The notes beneath the pieces were generated by a model, which saw nothing but the letters and a program-made list of their open reading frames with translations, ran no database searches and was not told the DNA's origin. From contig JBAXNA010000001.1 of NCBI GenBank assembly GCA_037133995.1, positions 1 to 46,921 of the forward strand: 46,921 nucleotides of DNA. The letters are read 5' to 3'. This DNA comes from Candidatus Saccharimonadota bacterium (GTDB lineage: Bacteria; Patescibacteriota; Saccharimonadia; CAILAD01; BJGX01). Below, in pieces: positions 26,778 through 35,786 of this stretch. Position 1 is the stretch's first letter, and every line of letters starts with the position of its first letter. The position numbers and the translations under genes are program-made.

Positions 26778-27978
26778 TCTAAAAGTTTCACTATTTTTAG
26801 CAGCTCGCACTATTTGGAGGGGCAATGGCTGGCTCAATTTTGTGACCGTATTAATGCTGATGTTGGTGTTTTTAAATCTCATATTTACGCCTTCACTGCT
26901 AGAAGGAGTGATAAGTACTGCAAACTCTAAGCTAAGAGATACCTTAACCAGCGATATCACGGTAGAGAGTTCAGAGCCAGGCGGCCTTTTGCCAGACGCC
27001 ATTCAGCTTGCATCACAAATATCAAAAATCGAAGGGGTTAGCTCTAGTACGCCGTCACGTACTATTAGTGCCCAAATTGAGCTTGGCTCTGAGCGCGGAA
27101 CAGTTGAAGTTACTGGCATAGAGACAAATAGTTTTTCTGAGGTATATAGCCTACCAAAGTTTATGTTGGAGGGTAGTTTTTTGAAGCCTGGAGACAGAAA
27201 TCAAATTGTACTCGGCGCCCAGATAGCCGGTGCCGACAAGGCCAAACTAGAGCTTTACGCAGATAGTCTTAAAAATGCTCACGCTGGCGATACAGTTACT
27301 TTAAAATTTGCTAATGGCAACAAGAAAAACTACACAGTAAAGGGAATATTTCAGACAGACTTTATTCAGACCGACCTAAAGACATTAATAACTAGCGATG
27401 AGTACAGCGAGATTTTGCCTACTACTACTAATAAAGCCAGCGCAATAAATGTAAAACTTAAGCCAGGCGCTAGTCAAGAAAATGTAAACAATCAAATTAA
27501 ACAAATAAGTAGCAATATTACCACCCGAACTTGGCAAGAGAGAGCCGGCTTCGTGAAGAGCTATACCTCAAGTCTTGAACTAGTAAACAGAATACTAAGA
27601 GCAGTTGCTTTGTTTGTGGCATTCTTGACAATATTTATTATCACTTATGTTGATATAGTAAATAAGAAACGACAGATTGGCATCTCTAGGGCCATAGGAA
27701 TCAGTACCACGACAATTGTTATGTCGTATATAATTCGGGCCGTATTCTATACCATTTTGGGGGTAGTGATTGGTACGCTAGTTTTCGTTCTTGTGATTGT
27801 TCCAGTTGAAGCTCGATTCCCATTTAGTTTTCCACTAGGTGACGTTTTACTCAGTGTTAATCCGGCTTTTATTTTTAGAAATGCCCAGATCTTAATACTA
27901 GTCAGTATAGTTAGTGCCCTGTTGCCGGCTTTTCAGGCAGTGCGCAGTAAGATTGTAGACGCAATTTGGGGTCAGTAA
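26770..27978 (+). CDS. ABC transporter permease, MacB/FtsX type
   Basis: 402 aa. TM1, a ~230-aa external domain and a C-terminal FtsX bundle (KRQIGISRAIGIS). Overlaps the ATPase gene by 8 nt. Confidence 0.8.
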   Translation: MRSLKVSLFLAARTIWRGNGWLNFVTVLMLMLVFLNLIFTPSLLEGVISTANSKLRDTLTSDITVESSEPGGLLPDAIQLASQISKIEGVSSSTPSRTISAQIELGSERGTVEVTGIETNSFSEVYSLPKFMLEGSFLKPGDRNQIVLGAQIAGADKAKLELYADSLKNAHAGDTVTLKFANGNKKNYTVKGIFQTDFIQTDLKTLITSDEYSEILPTTTNKASAINVKLKPGASQENVNNQIKQISSNITTRTWQERAGFVKSYTSSLELVNRILRAVALFVAFLTIFIITYVDIVNKKRQIGISRAIGISTTTIVMSYIIRAVFYTILGVVIGTLVFVLVIVPVEARFPFSFPLGDVLLSVNPAFIFRNAQILILVSIVSALLPAFQAVRSKIVDAIWGQ

Positions 27979-27981
27979 TGC

Positions 27982-28590
27982 ATGGATGCGCCTAATTTGA
28001 AGACCATGAATAACAAGAATATTTCAAAGTCTGAATTAGTAAATGCTATCACCTCGGCCCAGCAAGGCGACGAAACAGCATTTGAACTATTATATGAATA
28101 TTATTTCTCGCCACTCTACAAGTATGTACTCATAAGAACGGGCGACCCTCAAGAAGCAGATGACCTTACCCAGCTAGTTTTTATAAAGTTCTACCGCAAC
28201 CTAGCTAACTGGCAGGACAAAGGTTTTGCCCCCTCGGCTTACCTGTACACTGTAGCAAGAAGCGTATTGGCAGATCACTATCGTAAAAAAGCAAAACAAG
28301 GCAGCAAGATAACTAATTCAGAAGACGTACTTTTGGCCATAAGCGATAAGTCACAAAACCCGCACCAAGACGTTATAGATAATGAACAATTGCAGCACTT
28401 GTATCAAAATCTTCAACAGTTACCACAAAACTATCAGGAGGTTCTAACACTTCGCTACATAGAAGGTCTTTCGAGTTTGGAAATAGCCAAAATTATTGGC
28501 AAAAATGATGCAGCTACCCGTAAGCAGTTATCTCGAGCAGTTGCTGCCCTAGCCAAGAAATCAAAAAATTACAGAGAAAATAATATATGA
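27982..28590 (+). CDS. ECF-type RNA polymerase sigma-70 factor
   Basis: 202 aa. Region 2 (FELLYEYYFSPLYKYVLIRTGDPQEADDLTQLVFIKF) and region 4 HTH (VLTLRYIEGLSSLEIAKIIGKNDAATRKQLSRA). Confidence 0.85.
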   Translation: MDAPNLKTMNNKNISKSELVNAITSAQQGDETAFELLYEYYFSPLYKYVLIRTGDPQEADDLTQLVFIKFYRNLANWQDKGFAPSAYLYTVARSVLADHYRKKAKQGSKITNSEDVLLAISDKSQNPHQDVIDNEQLQHLYQNLQQLPQNYQEVLTLRYIEGLSSLEIAKIIGKNDAATRKQLSRAVAALAKKSKNYRENNI

Positions 28591-29054
28591 AAACATACCA
28601 AAAAATAGTTGAGCAAGAGCGAGTAGTTAAACAGCTGGAAAAAATCACTGTTGAACCACCTAGCAAGCGCCATCTTTTGCACAGCACATTAGCTAAACTT
28701 GACGATACCAATTATCAGTACCAAGCTACTCGCGAGCGTACTTCAAGAAAACCTGCCTATTCTAGATTAGTTTTTTATATACCCACAGCAGTGGCCGGAT
28801 TACTATTAGTGGCCTGGGTGGCCTCACCTATTCTTAGCAGCCCCAACCAAGCTATAACTTCTTCTAATGTTGCTACCAACCCAAATACTAGACCAAATGG
28901 ATCGATTCAGAATGCTACAAATGCAATAGCCGCCGAAGCTGCTAGCGAAAGCCAGATAGATGAGCAGGCAATTTCTGAAACCCTCTCAGCGGCTAATCAA
29001 ATAGTAGACCAGGCTAATCTAGTTGTGGAGGTAAGCGATGAGAAGGGTCTTTAA
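28587..29054 (+). CDS. putative anti-sigma factor (single-pass membrane protein)
   Basis: 155 aa. Overlaps the sigma gene by 4 nt. One central TM helix (LVFYIPTAVAGLLLVAWVA). The call rests on position only. Confidence 0.45.
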   Translation: MKTYQKIVEQERVVKQLEKITVEPPSKRHLLHSTLAKLDDTNYQYQATRERTSRKPAYSRLVFYIPTAVAGLLLVAWVASPILSSPNQAITSSNVATNPNTRPNGSIQNATNAIAAEAASESQIDEQAISETLSAANQIVDQANLVVEVSDEKGL

Positions 29055-29859
29055 CAGTTATAATATGCTGCTGTCATTAATTATGGCCGCGTCTATTGTT
29101 TTGGTGGGCAGTAAGCCACAGCCAGCACAAGCACAGACCGGTAGTTTAGTAAGATCAGAAATGTCATCAGAAAAACAAGCCAATATGAGCTTAGATAGTT
29201 CTAGATTGAGTGTAGCTAACGACTTTTGTATCAATATACCAAGCTTAGCTACCTCAATCAATCAGGAGGTTTCTAGTAGAATAGAAAAAATGCTAGCTAG
29301 CCAGTCTGTCGCTGGCCAAGAACTTAATAGAAAGTCTATAGAAAGGCAAAATAAAACACTAGCCCAAAGGCAGCAATGGGATAAGAATAGAGAGGCCCAA
29401 TATGATAGCTTATACAAAAAAGCCAAAAATGATGAACAAAAATTAGCGGTTGATACTTTTAAGAATGAAGTAGAAAAAGCCGTGCTGTTGCGCCGCTCAG
29501 CAAATCAGAAAAGCATGAATGAATTTGAAATAACCATAGACGGCTACCTCTTCTCAGAAAAAAATAAGCTTGCACTGGCAACTAGTAACTACCAAAAAAA
29601 CCTAATTTTAGCCACCTCAAAAGCTGTTCGGGAATGCTCTAGTGCTAGTGATCAGAGTAATGCAAGACCAGAGCTAATCAGTACACTCGCGCAGTCTCAA
29701 GTGTATATAAAAAATGGTAGTGCTGAAAACATAACAATTCAAGCTCAAATTGATGAAATTGCTAGTAAAAAAAGAGAAAGTATTAAGGCAGCCAATTTAG
29801 TTTTTGATCAAAAAATTTCTAAGGCCAAAGCAGATTTTGAGAGGACTTTTCAAAAGTAG
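29038..29859 (+). CDS. secreted K/E/Q-rich, probably coiled-coil protein
   Basis: 273 aa. Signal-peptide-like N-terminus ending AQAQ. Overlaps the previous gene by 17 nt. Confidence 0.5.
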   Translation: MRRVFNSYNMLLSLIMAASIVLVGSKPQPAQAQTGSLVRSEMSSEKQANMSLDSSRLSVANDFCINIPSLATSINQEVSSRIEKMLASQSVAGQELNRKSIERQNKTLAQRQQWDKNREAQYDSLYKKAKNDEQKLAVDTFKNEVEKAVLLRRSANQKSMNEFEITIDGYLFSEKNKLALATSNYQKNLILATSKAVRECSSASDQSNARPELISTLAQSQVYIKNGSAENITIQAQIDEIASKKRESIKAANLVFDQKISKAKADFERTFQK

Positions 29860-29907
29860 AGATCCAGCCACTAGCAATTACAGACCAATCTGTTCTACAA
29901 TTGGCGT

Positions 29908-30486
29908 ATGAGTGACAAAAAAATTATACTTGGCTTAGTGGGGCATGCCTCTGGAGGAAAAGACACTGCAGCAGAGTACATAATGAAAAAGTACAATTTT
30001 GTGCATGTTTCGACGGGCGATTTATTGCGTAAATATGTGAATAAAAATAACCTAGGTGAGCCAACCAGAGAAGTCTTGCAGGCGGTCGCCAATCGCATGC
30101 GAGCTGAGTATGGGGCTGACTATCTGGTAGCCCAGGCTTTGGTCACTAAATCAAATAATAATATAATTATTTCAGGCCTAAGAAACCCCGCTGAAGCTCG
30201 ATATATTCATGAGGCAGGAGGAAAGCTTTTGGTGGTAAACGCAAGGCCAGAAATAAGGCATGCTAGAGCCGAGCTACGAGGTAGGCCCGGCGATTCACTA
30301 GATTTTTCGGCCTTCACAAACCAACAGAAAACCGAAGAAAACAGTCAAGATCCAAACGCTCAAAATCTCAATGCTGTTTTTGCTATGGCCGATGAGTTTA
30401 TAGAAAACAATACCAGCCTAGAATATCTGCATAGTAAAATCGATGAGTATATTAAAATTTTACTTAGACAAAATAAAAAAAAATAA
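29908..30486 (+). CDS. P-loop nucleotide/nucleoside kinase-like protein (adenylate / dephospho-CoA / dNMP kinase fold)
   Basis: 192 aa. P-loop-like GLVGHASGGKDTAAEY and STGDLLR. The substrate cannot be assigned from sequence alone. Confidence 0.55.
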   Translation: MSDKKIILGLVGHASGGKDTAAEYIMKKYNFVHVSTGDLLRKYVNKNNLGEPTREVLQAVANRMRAEYGADYLVAQALVTKSNNNIIISGLRNPAEARYIHEAGGKLLVVNARPEIRHARAELRGRPGDSLDFSAFTNQQKTEENSQDPNAQNLNAVFAMADEFIENNTSLEYLHSKIDEYIKILLRQNKKK

Positions 30487-30501
30487 GTCAGAGACTCTTC
30501 T

Positions 30502-32511
30502 CTAAAATACTTCTGTTCTATTTTGCCAGCGAGGCTTAAGAAGCTCATAGCTGATCATTGAGTATATAAGCATCGATAAAGCAGCAGCGCAGCCCACCGG
30601 GTAGAGCAGAGTTGAAAGTATACTCTGTTTGGAAACAACTGTAATAATGAGCCTATTTAGGTAGCTCAGGCCAATCGCTAGTGCTAGCATCCAGAGTCCG
30701 ATAAACGAATTTATTATGAGTAGGTAACATAGCAAAATACCGGGCAATATCAAGATGAAAAACCCACCACTAACAAGACCGAATGTGAGTGGAAAAGAGA
30801 AGTGTAGGGCTGGGTAGTAGCGCCTAATAGATTGCCTGATCATTAGCCGCAGGCTAGCGTGGTTTTGACTTACGGCAATATCAGAGCCCAAGAAGAAGCC
30901 TGTATTAAGGCCTTTATTTTTAACAGCAGCTGCCAGGTCAAAGTCTTCAAGCGGACTTTTTCGTACCAGACCAAAACCACCTGCAGCAGTAATGCTTGAG
31001 CGCACAAAGGCCATTACGCTACCGCTGGCATTTACAGACTTGGGTCTGGTTTTGGCTAAAAAAGCCGAAGGATACATGCCTAGCATTAGGTAGTGGTTTT
31101 GACTTAGTATCACTTGCTGGGAAAGACTTTTATTTTGGTCGGCCGGCAAGAGCGAGACAAGACTAAGCTTTTGTTCGATTATCAGGCTAGCTATAACGCT
31201 CAGGGCATTTGGCAGAAGTATGGTGTCGGCGCTGGTGAGCAGTACAATATCGCCAGTTGCTTTTTGCAACAGCTGCTCAGACACCCAAGCATTTAAGGTC
31301 CAGCCAGCTTTGAGCGGCTTTGTCTTGACTATTTTGAGGCGAGGATCTTGAAACCCCTCGGCAATTTTTAGGGTGTTATCACTAGAGCCAAGATCAGTAA
31401 ATATAAGCTCAAATTGAGGGTACTGTTGACCTAAAATCGCTAGCATCGTAGATGAAATATTATCAGCCTGGTTGTAGGCGTGCATTATAATACTTATTTT
31501 AGGCAGTTCGCCCTGACGAGCTGTTTTAGGTCTTTTGAAGGCCCTGAGGTTGTAAATAGTAACACCCAGTTGAGCCAAGAAAAATATTATCAAGAAGAAC
31601 CCTAAGATCATTACATAATATTGCCTAATGCCAAAAGGATCAAAAACAAATAGCAAAAGTTGAGCCAGCCAGAAGCCAACCAGTAAATTTAGCCACATAA
31701 AGTTCTGCCAGCCACGACGAAACTTTGCGCTATTGGCATCTGATTTAAACTTGCTAAAAAAACTAGTATTTAGAACGTATAGCCCAATCAGCCCACCAGC
31801 AAAAATTCCAAGTGGAAAATAGGCCACAGTCACCACAAGAGCTGAAAATATATAGAGAGTCATCGCGTATCGATTGGTGCGCTTTGCGCCAAAAAATGTT
31901 GCGATAGAGGCAATTTTGGCTGCTCGGTCTGGTTTAATGTCTTGTATTGCGCCAAATGCCTGACTGGCCATACCCCAGGCCATAAAAGCTATTATCACTG
32001 CCCAGTAGTAATTGTTTGACTGACCATAGGCTAGCCCAAATACAAAAGGCATTACGAAATGCAGTGCAGAATTAATAGAGTCTAAGACGGGCACTTCTTT
32101 GAACCTTAGAGGCTTCGCACTATAGCTGATACAGAAAAAAACTAGTGCAAAAAGTATTACTCTAGACAGATTGTTGCCGGTGATTAGAAAGTAAAGTAAA
32201 AAAGGAATATTAGCTGCAATTATTACGTACCACATAGGGCCATGCTTAGATTTTTCAAGCAAGCCGCCTTCCACAGAGTTTTTGCGGGGGTTCTTCAAGT
32301 CTGATTCATAGTCGTAAATGTCATTAACCCCATACATCAGTAGATTGTATGAAAACAAAAAGTATACAAAGCCGATAATGCCCGGCAGTGCTAAGCTTTG
32401 AGTTGCTAGCAGGTAGCCAACTATAAATGGCACAGCAGTGTTTATCCAGCTCACAGGCCTGCTTGTGGCTAATATCTCTCTTATGCTTAGTGAAGATTTG
32501 TTATTTGTCAT
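30502..32511 (-). CDS. fusion protein: UbiA-family prenyltransferase (lycopene-elongase-like) + family-2 glycosyltransferase
   Basis: 669 aa in one uninterrupted frame. Residues ~1-295 are polytopic, with NDIYDYESD (NDxxDxxxD, nt 32299-32325) and QDIKPDRAAK. Residues ~338-560 form a GT-A fold (ISIIMHAYNQADNISSTMLAILGQQYPQFELIFTDLGSSDNT, LLTSAD). C-terminal TM helices follow. Confidence 0.75.
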   Translation of the reverse strand: MTNNKSSLSIREILATSRPVSWINTAVPFIVGYLLATQSLALPGIIGFVYFLFSYNLLMYGVNDIYDYESDLKNPRKNSVEGGLLEKSKHGPMWYVIIAANIPFLLYFLITGNNLSRVILFALVFFCISYSAKPLRFKEVPVLDSINSALHFVMPFVFGLAYGQSNNYYWAVIIAFMAWGMASQAFGAIQDIKPDRAAKIASIATFFGAKRTNRYAMTLYIFSALVVTVAYFPLGIFAGGLIGLYVLNTSFFSKFKSDANSAKFRRGWQNFMWLNLLVGFWLAQLLLFVFDPFGIRQYYVMILGFFLIIFFLAQLGVTIYNLRAFKRPKTARQGELPKISIIMHAYNQADNISSTMLAILGQQYPQFELIFTDLGSSDNTLKIAEGFQDPRLKIVKTKPLKAGWTLNAWVSEQLLQKATGDIVLLTSADTILLPNALSVIASLIIEQKLSLVSLLPADQNKSLSQQVILSQNHYLMLGMYPSAFLAKTRPKSVNASGSVMAFVRSSITAAGGFGLVRKSPLEDFDLAAAVKNKGLNTGFFLGSDIAVSQNHASLRLMIRQSIRRYYPALHFSFPLTFGLVSGGFFILILPGILLCYLLIINSFIGLWMLALAIGLSYLNRLIITVVSKQSILSTLLYPVGCAAALSMLIYSMISYELLKPRWQNRTEVF

Positions 32512-32794
32512 TTTTAAAATAATTAAATATTGCCGGCACTAGAATAACTGCGGCAACTAAATAGCTAAAGTCTTCTATTGGTATACTACCAATCTTTACC
32601 CCTAGTGTTGAGCTGTTATTATAGCTCACTATAGGCAGGCTTGTCAGGTAGCCGTTAAAAATTAGCATTGCAGGCAGTAAAATAGCAAATGTAATTAAGG
32701 TTGTTTTCTTTCTTGGCCAGCTTAGCTTAGAAAAATAAACTATGGCAAATACCGATAATAATAAAATGATAGCCATGGCTGGGTATTTATACAT
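32501..32794 (-). CDS. lycopene-cyclase-domain small subunit (CrtYd/CrtYf-like)
   Basis: 97 aa with 3 TM helices and an IPIEDFSY (PxE[E/D]) motif. Overlaps the downstream fusion gene by 11 nt. Confidence 0.7.
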   Translation of the reverse strand: MYKYPAMAIILLLSVFAIVYFSKLSWPRKKTTLITFAILLPAMLIFNGYLTSLPIVSYNNSSTLGVKIGSIPIEDFSYLVAAVILVPAIFNYFKNDK

Positions 32795-33156
32795 TATTTA
32801 TTTTTTACCTTTACCTTACTGCCTTGCGCGCTAAGCTTTAAACTTACTAACTGATAAACCATTAGTGTCACATAGCCAAGTAAAAACAAAAATATAAACT
32901 CTTCTAGCGGTAGATTTGGAGTAACAAAATACCAGCCAGAAACATAAGTTTGATTTGTGGTGAAAATACCAATAACAATACCGGCAACGTCAAAACATAA
33001 AAGCAGCAACGCACTAAGCCCTATGGCTAGCCCACTGGCCTTGGCATCTAAAAAAAATGCCAGCCTGTAGCGCCAGTCTGCCAATACCATTCCAGTTATA
33101 CTAAATAGCAAAATGACAATGTAGAAAAAATTAGAATAAACAAAATCAAAATTCAT
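32794..33156 (-). CDS. lycopene-cyclase-domain small subunit (CrtYc/CrtYe-like)
   Basis: 120 aa with 3-4 TM helices and an LPLEEFIFLF (PxEE) motif. 1-nt overlap with its partner subunit gene. Confidence 0.75.
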   Translation of the reverse strand: MNFDFVYSNFFYIVILLFSITGMVLADWRYRLAFFLDAKASGLAIGLSALLLLCFDVAGIVIGIFTTNQTYVSGWYFVTPNLPLEEFIFLFLLGYVTLMVYQLVSLKLSAQGSKVKVKNK

Positions 33157-33199
33157 TGTACTTATTATACTCGCAAATTTCTGATATCATATGTAAATC

Positions 33200-34702
33200 A
33201 TGGCAAAAAATACCAACAAAAGATCAGTAGTTATAGTTGGCGCAGGAATCGGTGGGCTGTGCTCTGCCGCAAGACTTCTTAAAGACGGCTACTCAGTCAC
33301 ATTATATGAAAAAGAAGCCTTGGTGGGTGGTCGCGCGCACCGTATCAAGCAAGATGGCTACACTTTTGATACTGGCCCAACCCTACTTATGATGACAGAC
33401 GTATTGTATGACACCTTTAAATACTGTGGTAAAAACCTAGATGATTATCTAACCCTTTTGCAACTTGAACCAAACTATCAGGTCGCTTTTGCAGATAAAT
33501 CTAGAATAACTGTCAGTAGCAATCTGCCTAAGTTCACTCAAGAGCTGGCCAGGTTTGACCCTAAGGCTCCAGAGCAGTTTTTTAGGTATTTTGCAGATGT
33601 CGCTGAAATATATCGTATTTCTAGAGGCGGCTTCATAGACAAAAATTTTGATAAGTTTAGTGATTTTATAAATATAGGTTCGGGCATCAAGCTCTTAAAA
33701 AAACGCGGAGTTTATAAGCTCTGGAATTTTGTAGGAAAATATTTTAAGGATCCTCGACTAAAACAGCTTTTTAGTTTTCAGAGCATGTACCTCGGTGTTA
33801 GCCCCTATGAAGCACCTGCAGTTTATAGTGTGGTGAGCTATATGGAAACTGGCCTAGGTATCTGGTATCCAAAAGGCGGAATGTATAGTCTCAGCCAAGC
33901 CCTAGAGAAGCTGGTATTAGATTTAGGTGGTGAAATAAAAACCAAAACAGCAGTAAATAAAGTCGTGATTGAAAACGGCAGAGCAAGTGGCGTGGAGATC
34001 AAAAATTCTATTTTTAAGCCAGCCGATATTGTTCTTTGTAACTCAGATCTTGTTTATAGCTATAACAATCTTCTTCCAGAATCTGTAAAGCTAAAAAGTC
34101 TGGGTCGAAAGCCCGAAGATCTTAAGCAGGCTAGCTCGGCGCTACTTTTCTACTGGGGTGTTGACTCTCAGCTAGACGGCATGCTGCACCACAATGTTTA
34201 TCTGTGTAAAGATTTCAAGAATAACTTAGAAGAAATTTTTGATGAAAAGAAACTACCCACAGACCCATCTTTCTATACCTATATTCCTACCAAGACAGAC
34301 CCAAGCCTGGCTCCAAAAGGCAAGAGCGTCGTGTATATCTTGGTTCCGGCCCCAAATCTACAAGGCAAAAACAACTGGGAGTCTGGCATACCTAAGTTAC
34401 GCAAGAAGGTATTAAACAGATTGAAATCAGAGTTTGGCCAAGACATTGAGCCGCTCATAGAGACAGAGGCTGTCTTTACACCACAAGATTTTGAGACCAA
34501 ATTTAATCTCACAGCCGGCTCGGCTTTTGGCCTCACTCACCACTTCATGCAGTCTGGTTATTTTAGACCACACAATGTTGCCAGAGGAGTTAAGGGGCTG
34601 TACTTTGTAGGCGCTAGTACTTACCCTGGCGGAGGGATCCCGATGGTCACTTTAAGTGCTAAGCTTGTACATGAGCGAATTTTAAGTGATAATAAAAATT
34701 AA
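33200..34702 (+). CDS. crtI: phytoene desaturase
   Basis: 500 aa. N-terminal FAD fold VVIVGAGIGGL...LYEK...GGR, a CrtI-type body and the C-terminal GASTYPGGGIPMV motif. Confidence 0.9.
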   Translation: MAKNTNKRSVVIVGAGIGGLCSAARLLKDGYSVTLYEKEALVGGRAHRIKQDGYTFDTGPTLLMMTDVLYDTFKYCGKNLDDYLTLLQLEPNYQVAFADKSRITVSSNLPKFTQELARFDPKAPEQFFRYFADVAEIYRISRGGFIDKNFDKFSDFINIGSGIKLLKKRGVYKLWNFVGKYFKDPRLKQLFSFQSMYLGVSPYEAPAVYSVVSYMETGLGIWYPKGGMYSLSQALEKLVLDLGGEIKTKTAVNKVVIENGRASGVEIKNSIFKPADIVLCNSDLVYSYNNLLPESVKLKSLGRKPEDLKQASSALLFYWGVDSQLDGMLHHNVYLCKDFKNNLEEIFDEKKLPTDPSFYTYIPTKTDPSLAPKGKSVVYILVPAPNLQGKNNWESGIPKLRKKVLNRLKSEFGQDIEPLIETEAVFTPQDFETKFNLTAGSAFGLTHHFMQSGYFRPHNVARGVKGLYFVGASTYPGGGIPMVTLSAKLVHERILSDNKN

Positions 34703-34707
34703 TTTTT

Positions 34708-35784
34708 ATGGAAAACAAAGACCTCAAAAGCTATATAGCCTATATCAAAAAAAATGTTGATGTAGTACTCAAAGATATTTATGATATCAAAATAGCTGAA
34801 GCTGGAAAACTTAGCAGTGATTATAAGAAGCTAGTCACTCAAACGGCCAAGCAGACTCTCAGCGGCGGCAAAAGATTACGGCCAGCTCTAGCAGTTTTGG
34901 GCTACAGCATTGCTGGAGGAAAAGACCTAGAAAAAATTATTAAGGCCTCAGCTGCTTTAGAAATATTTCATAGCTACTTATTAATTCATGACGATATCAT
35001 GGATCGTGATGACCGCCGGCATGGCGTTCTAAACATTACCGGGTTTTACAAGAAGGCCTTGAGTGGCAAGATTGCAGAAAAAGATATACTCCACGCAGCA
35101 GACTCCTTTGCCATACTGGCCGGCGATATCAATAGTGGCTTAACATTTGAACCGCTACTGGCTGCAAATTTTGACTCAAAAGTAACCCTTAAGGCCATAA
35201 GTAGGATTAACCAAGCAGTTTTTGAAGTTGCGGCAGGCCAGCACCTAGATATTATTGGTTCATTTGATAAAAAACTTTCTGAGAAAGAAATTTTAGCAAT
35301 TGCCAAACACAAGACCGCTGACTACTCAATAATATTACCTCTACAGTTTGGCGCAATACTTGCCGGCGCAAAACCAGAGCTTTTAGAAGACATGAAAAAA
35401 TTCGGACAGCCGCTTGGTATTAGCTATCAAATAGCTGACGATGTTTTGGGCATTTTTGGTAGCACCAAGACCATTGGTAAGTCAGTTTTGACAGATCTTC
35501 AAGAGGGGAAGCAGACAATACTAATGCACTATGGAATGAAGCTGGCATCTGTTGACGACAAAAAGTTGTTACAGGCTATTTTTGGCAACCCAAAGGCGGA
35601 TCAAAAAGATCTTGCATTGGTGAAAAAAATATTAGAAAGGTGTGGAGCTAAGGCCAAGACCCTTATTGTTGCAAAAGACTACATTACTAAGTCAATAAGC
35701 TATATACCTTCTTTAACAAGTGATTCAAAAATGCAAGAAAATCTTACTGATTTTGCAAATTATTGTATAAGTCGAAAAAACTAG
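34708..35784 (+). CDS. crtE: polyprenyl (geranylgeranyl) diphosphate synthase
   Basis: 358 aa. FARM LIHDDIMDRDDRRHG, SARM QIADDVLG and GKRLRP. Chain length is not determinable from sequence. Confidence 0.8.
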   Translation: MENKDLKSYIAYIKKNVDVVLKDIYDIKIAEAGKLSSDYKKLVTQTAKQTLSGGKRLRPALAVLGYSIAGGKDLEKIIKASAALEIFHSYLLIHDDIMDRDDRRHGVLNITGFYKKALSGKIAEKDILHAADSFAILAGDINSGLTFEPLLAANFDSKVTLKAISRINQAVFEVAAGQHLDIIGSFDKKLSEKEILAIAKHKTADYSIILPLQFGAILAGAKPELLEDMKKFGQPLGISYQIADDVLGIFGSTKTIGKSVLTDLQEGKQTILMHYGMKLASVDDKKLLQAIFGNPKADQKDLALVKKILERCGAKAKTLIVAKDYITKSISYIPSLTSDSKMQENLTDFANYCISRKN

Positions 35785-35786
35785 CA

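Noticed and set aside
35763-35786. TTG start for crtB overlapping crtE. The same issue arises with TTG 40595 for dcd and GTG 41392 for thyX.
   Set aside because: In each case an ATG lies 4-8 codons downstream. For dcd and thyX that ATG also has a GGAG or GAAGGAGG SD. The longest-ORF starts are artefacts of the ORF-calling rule.
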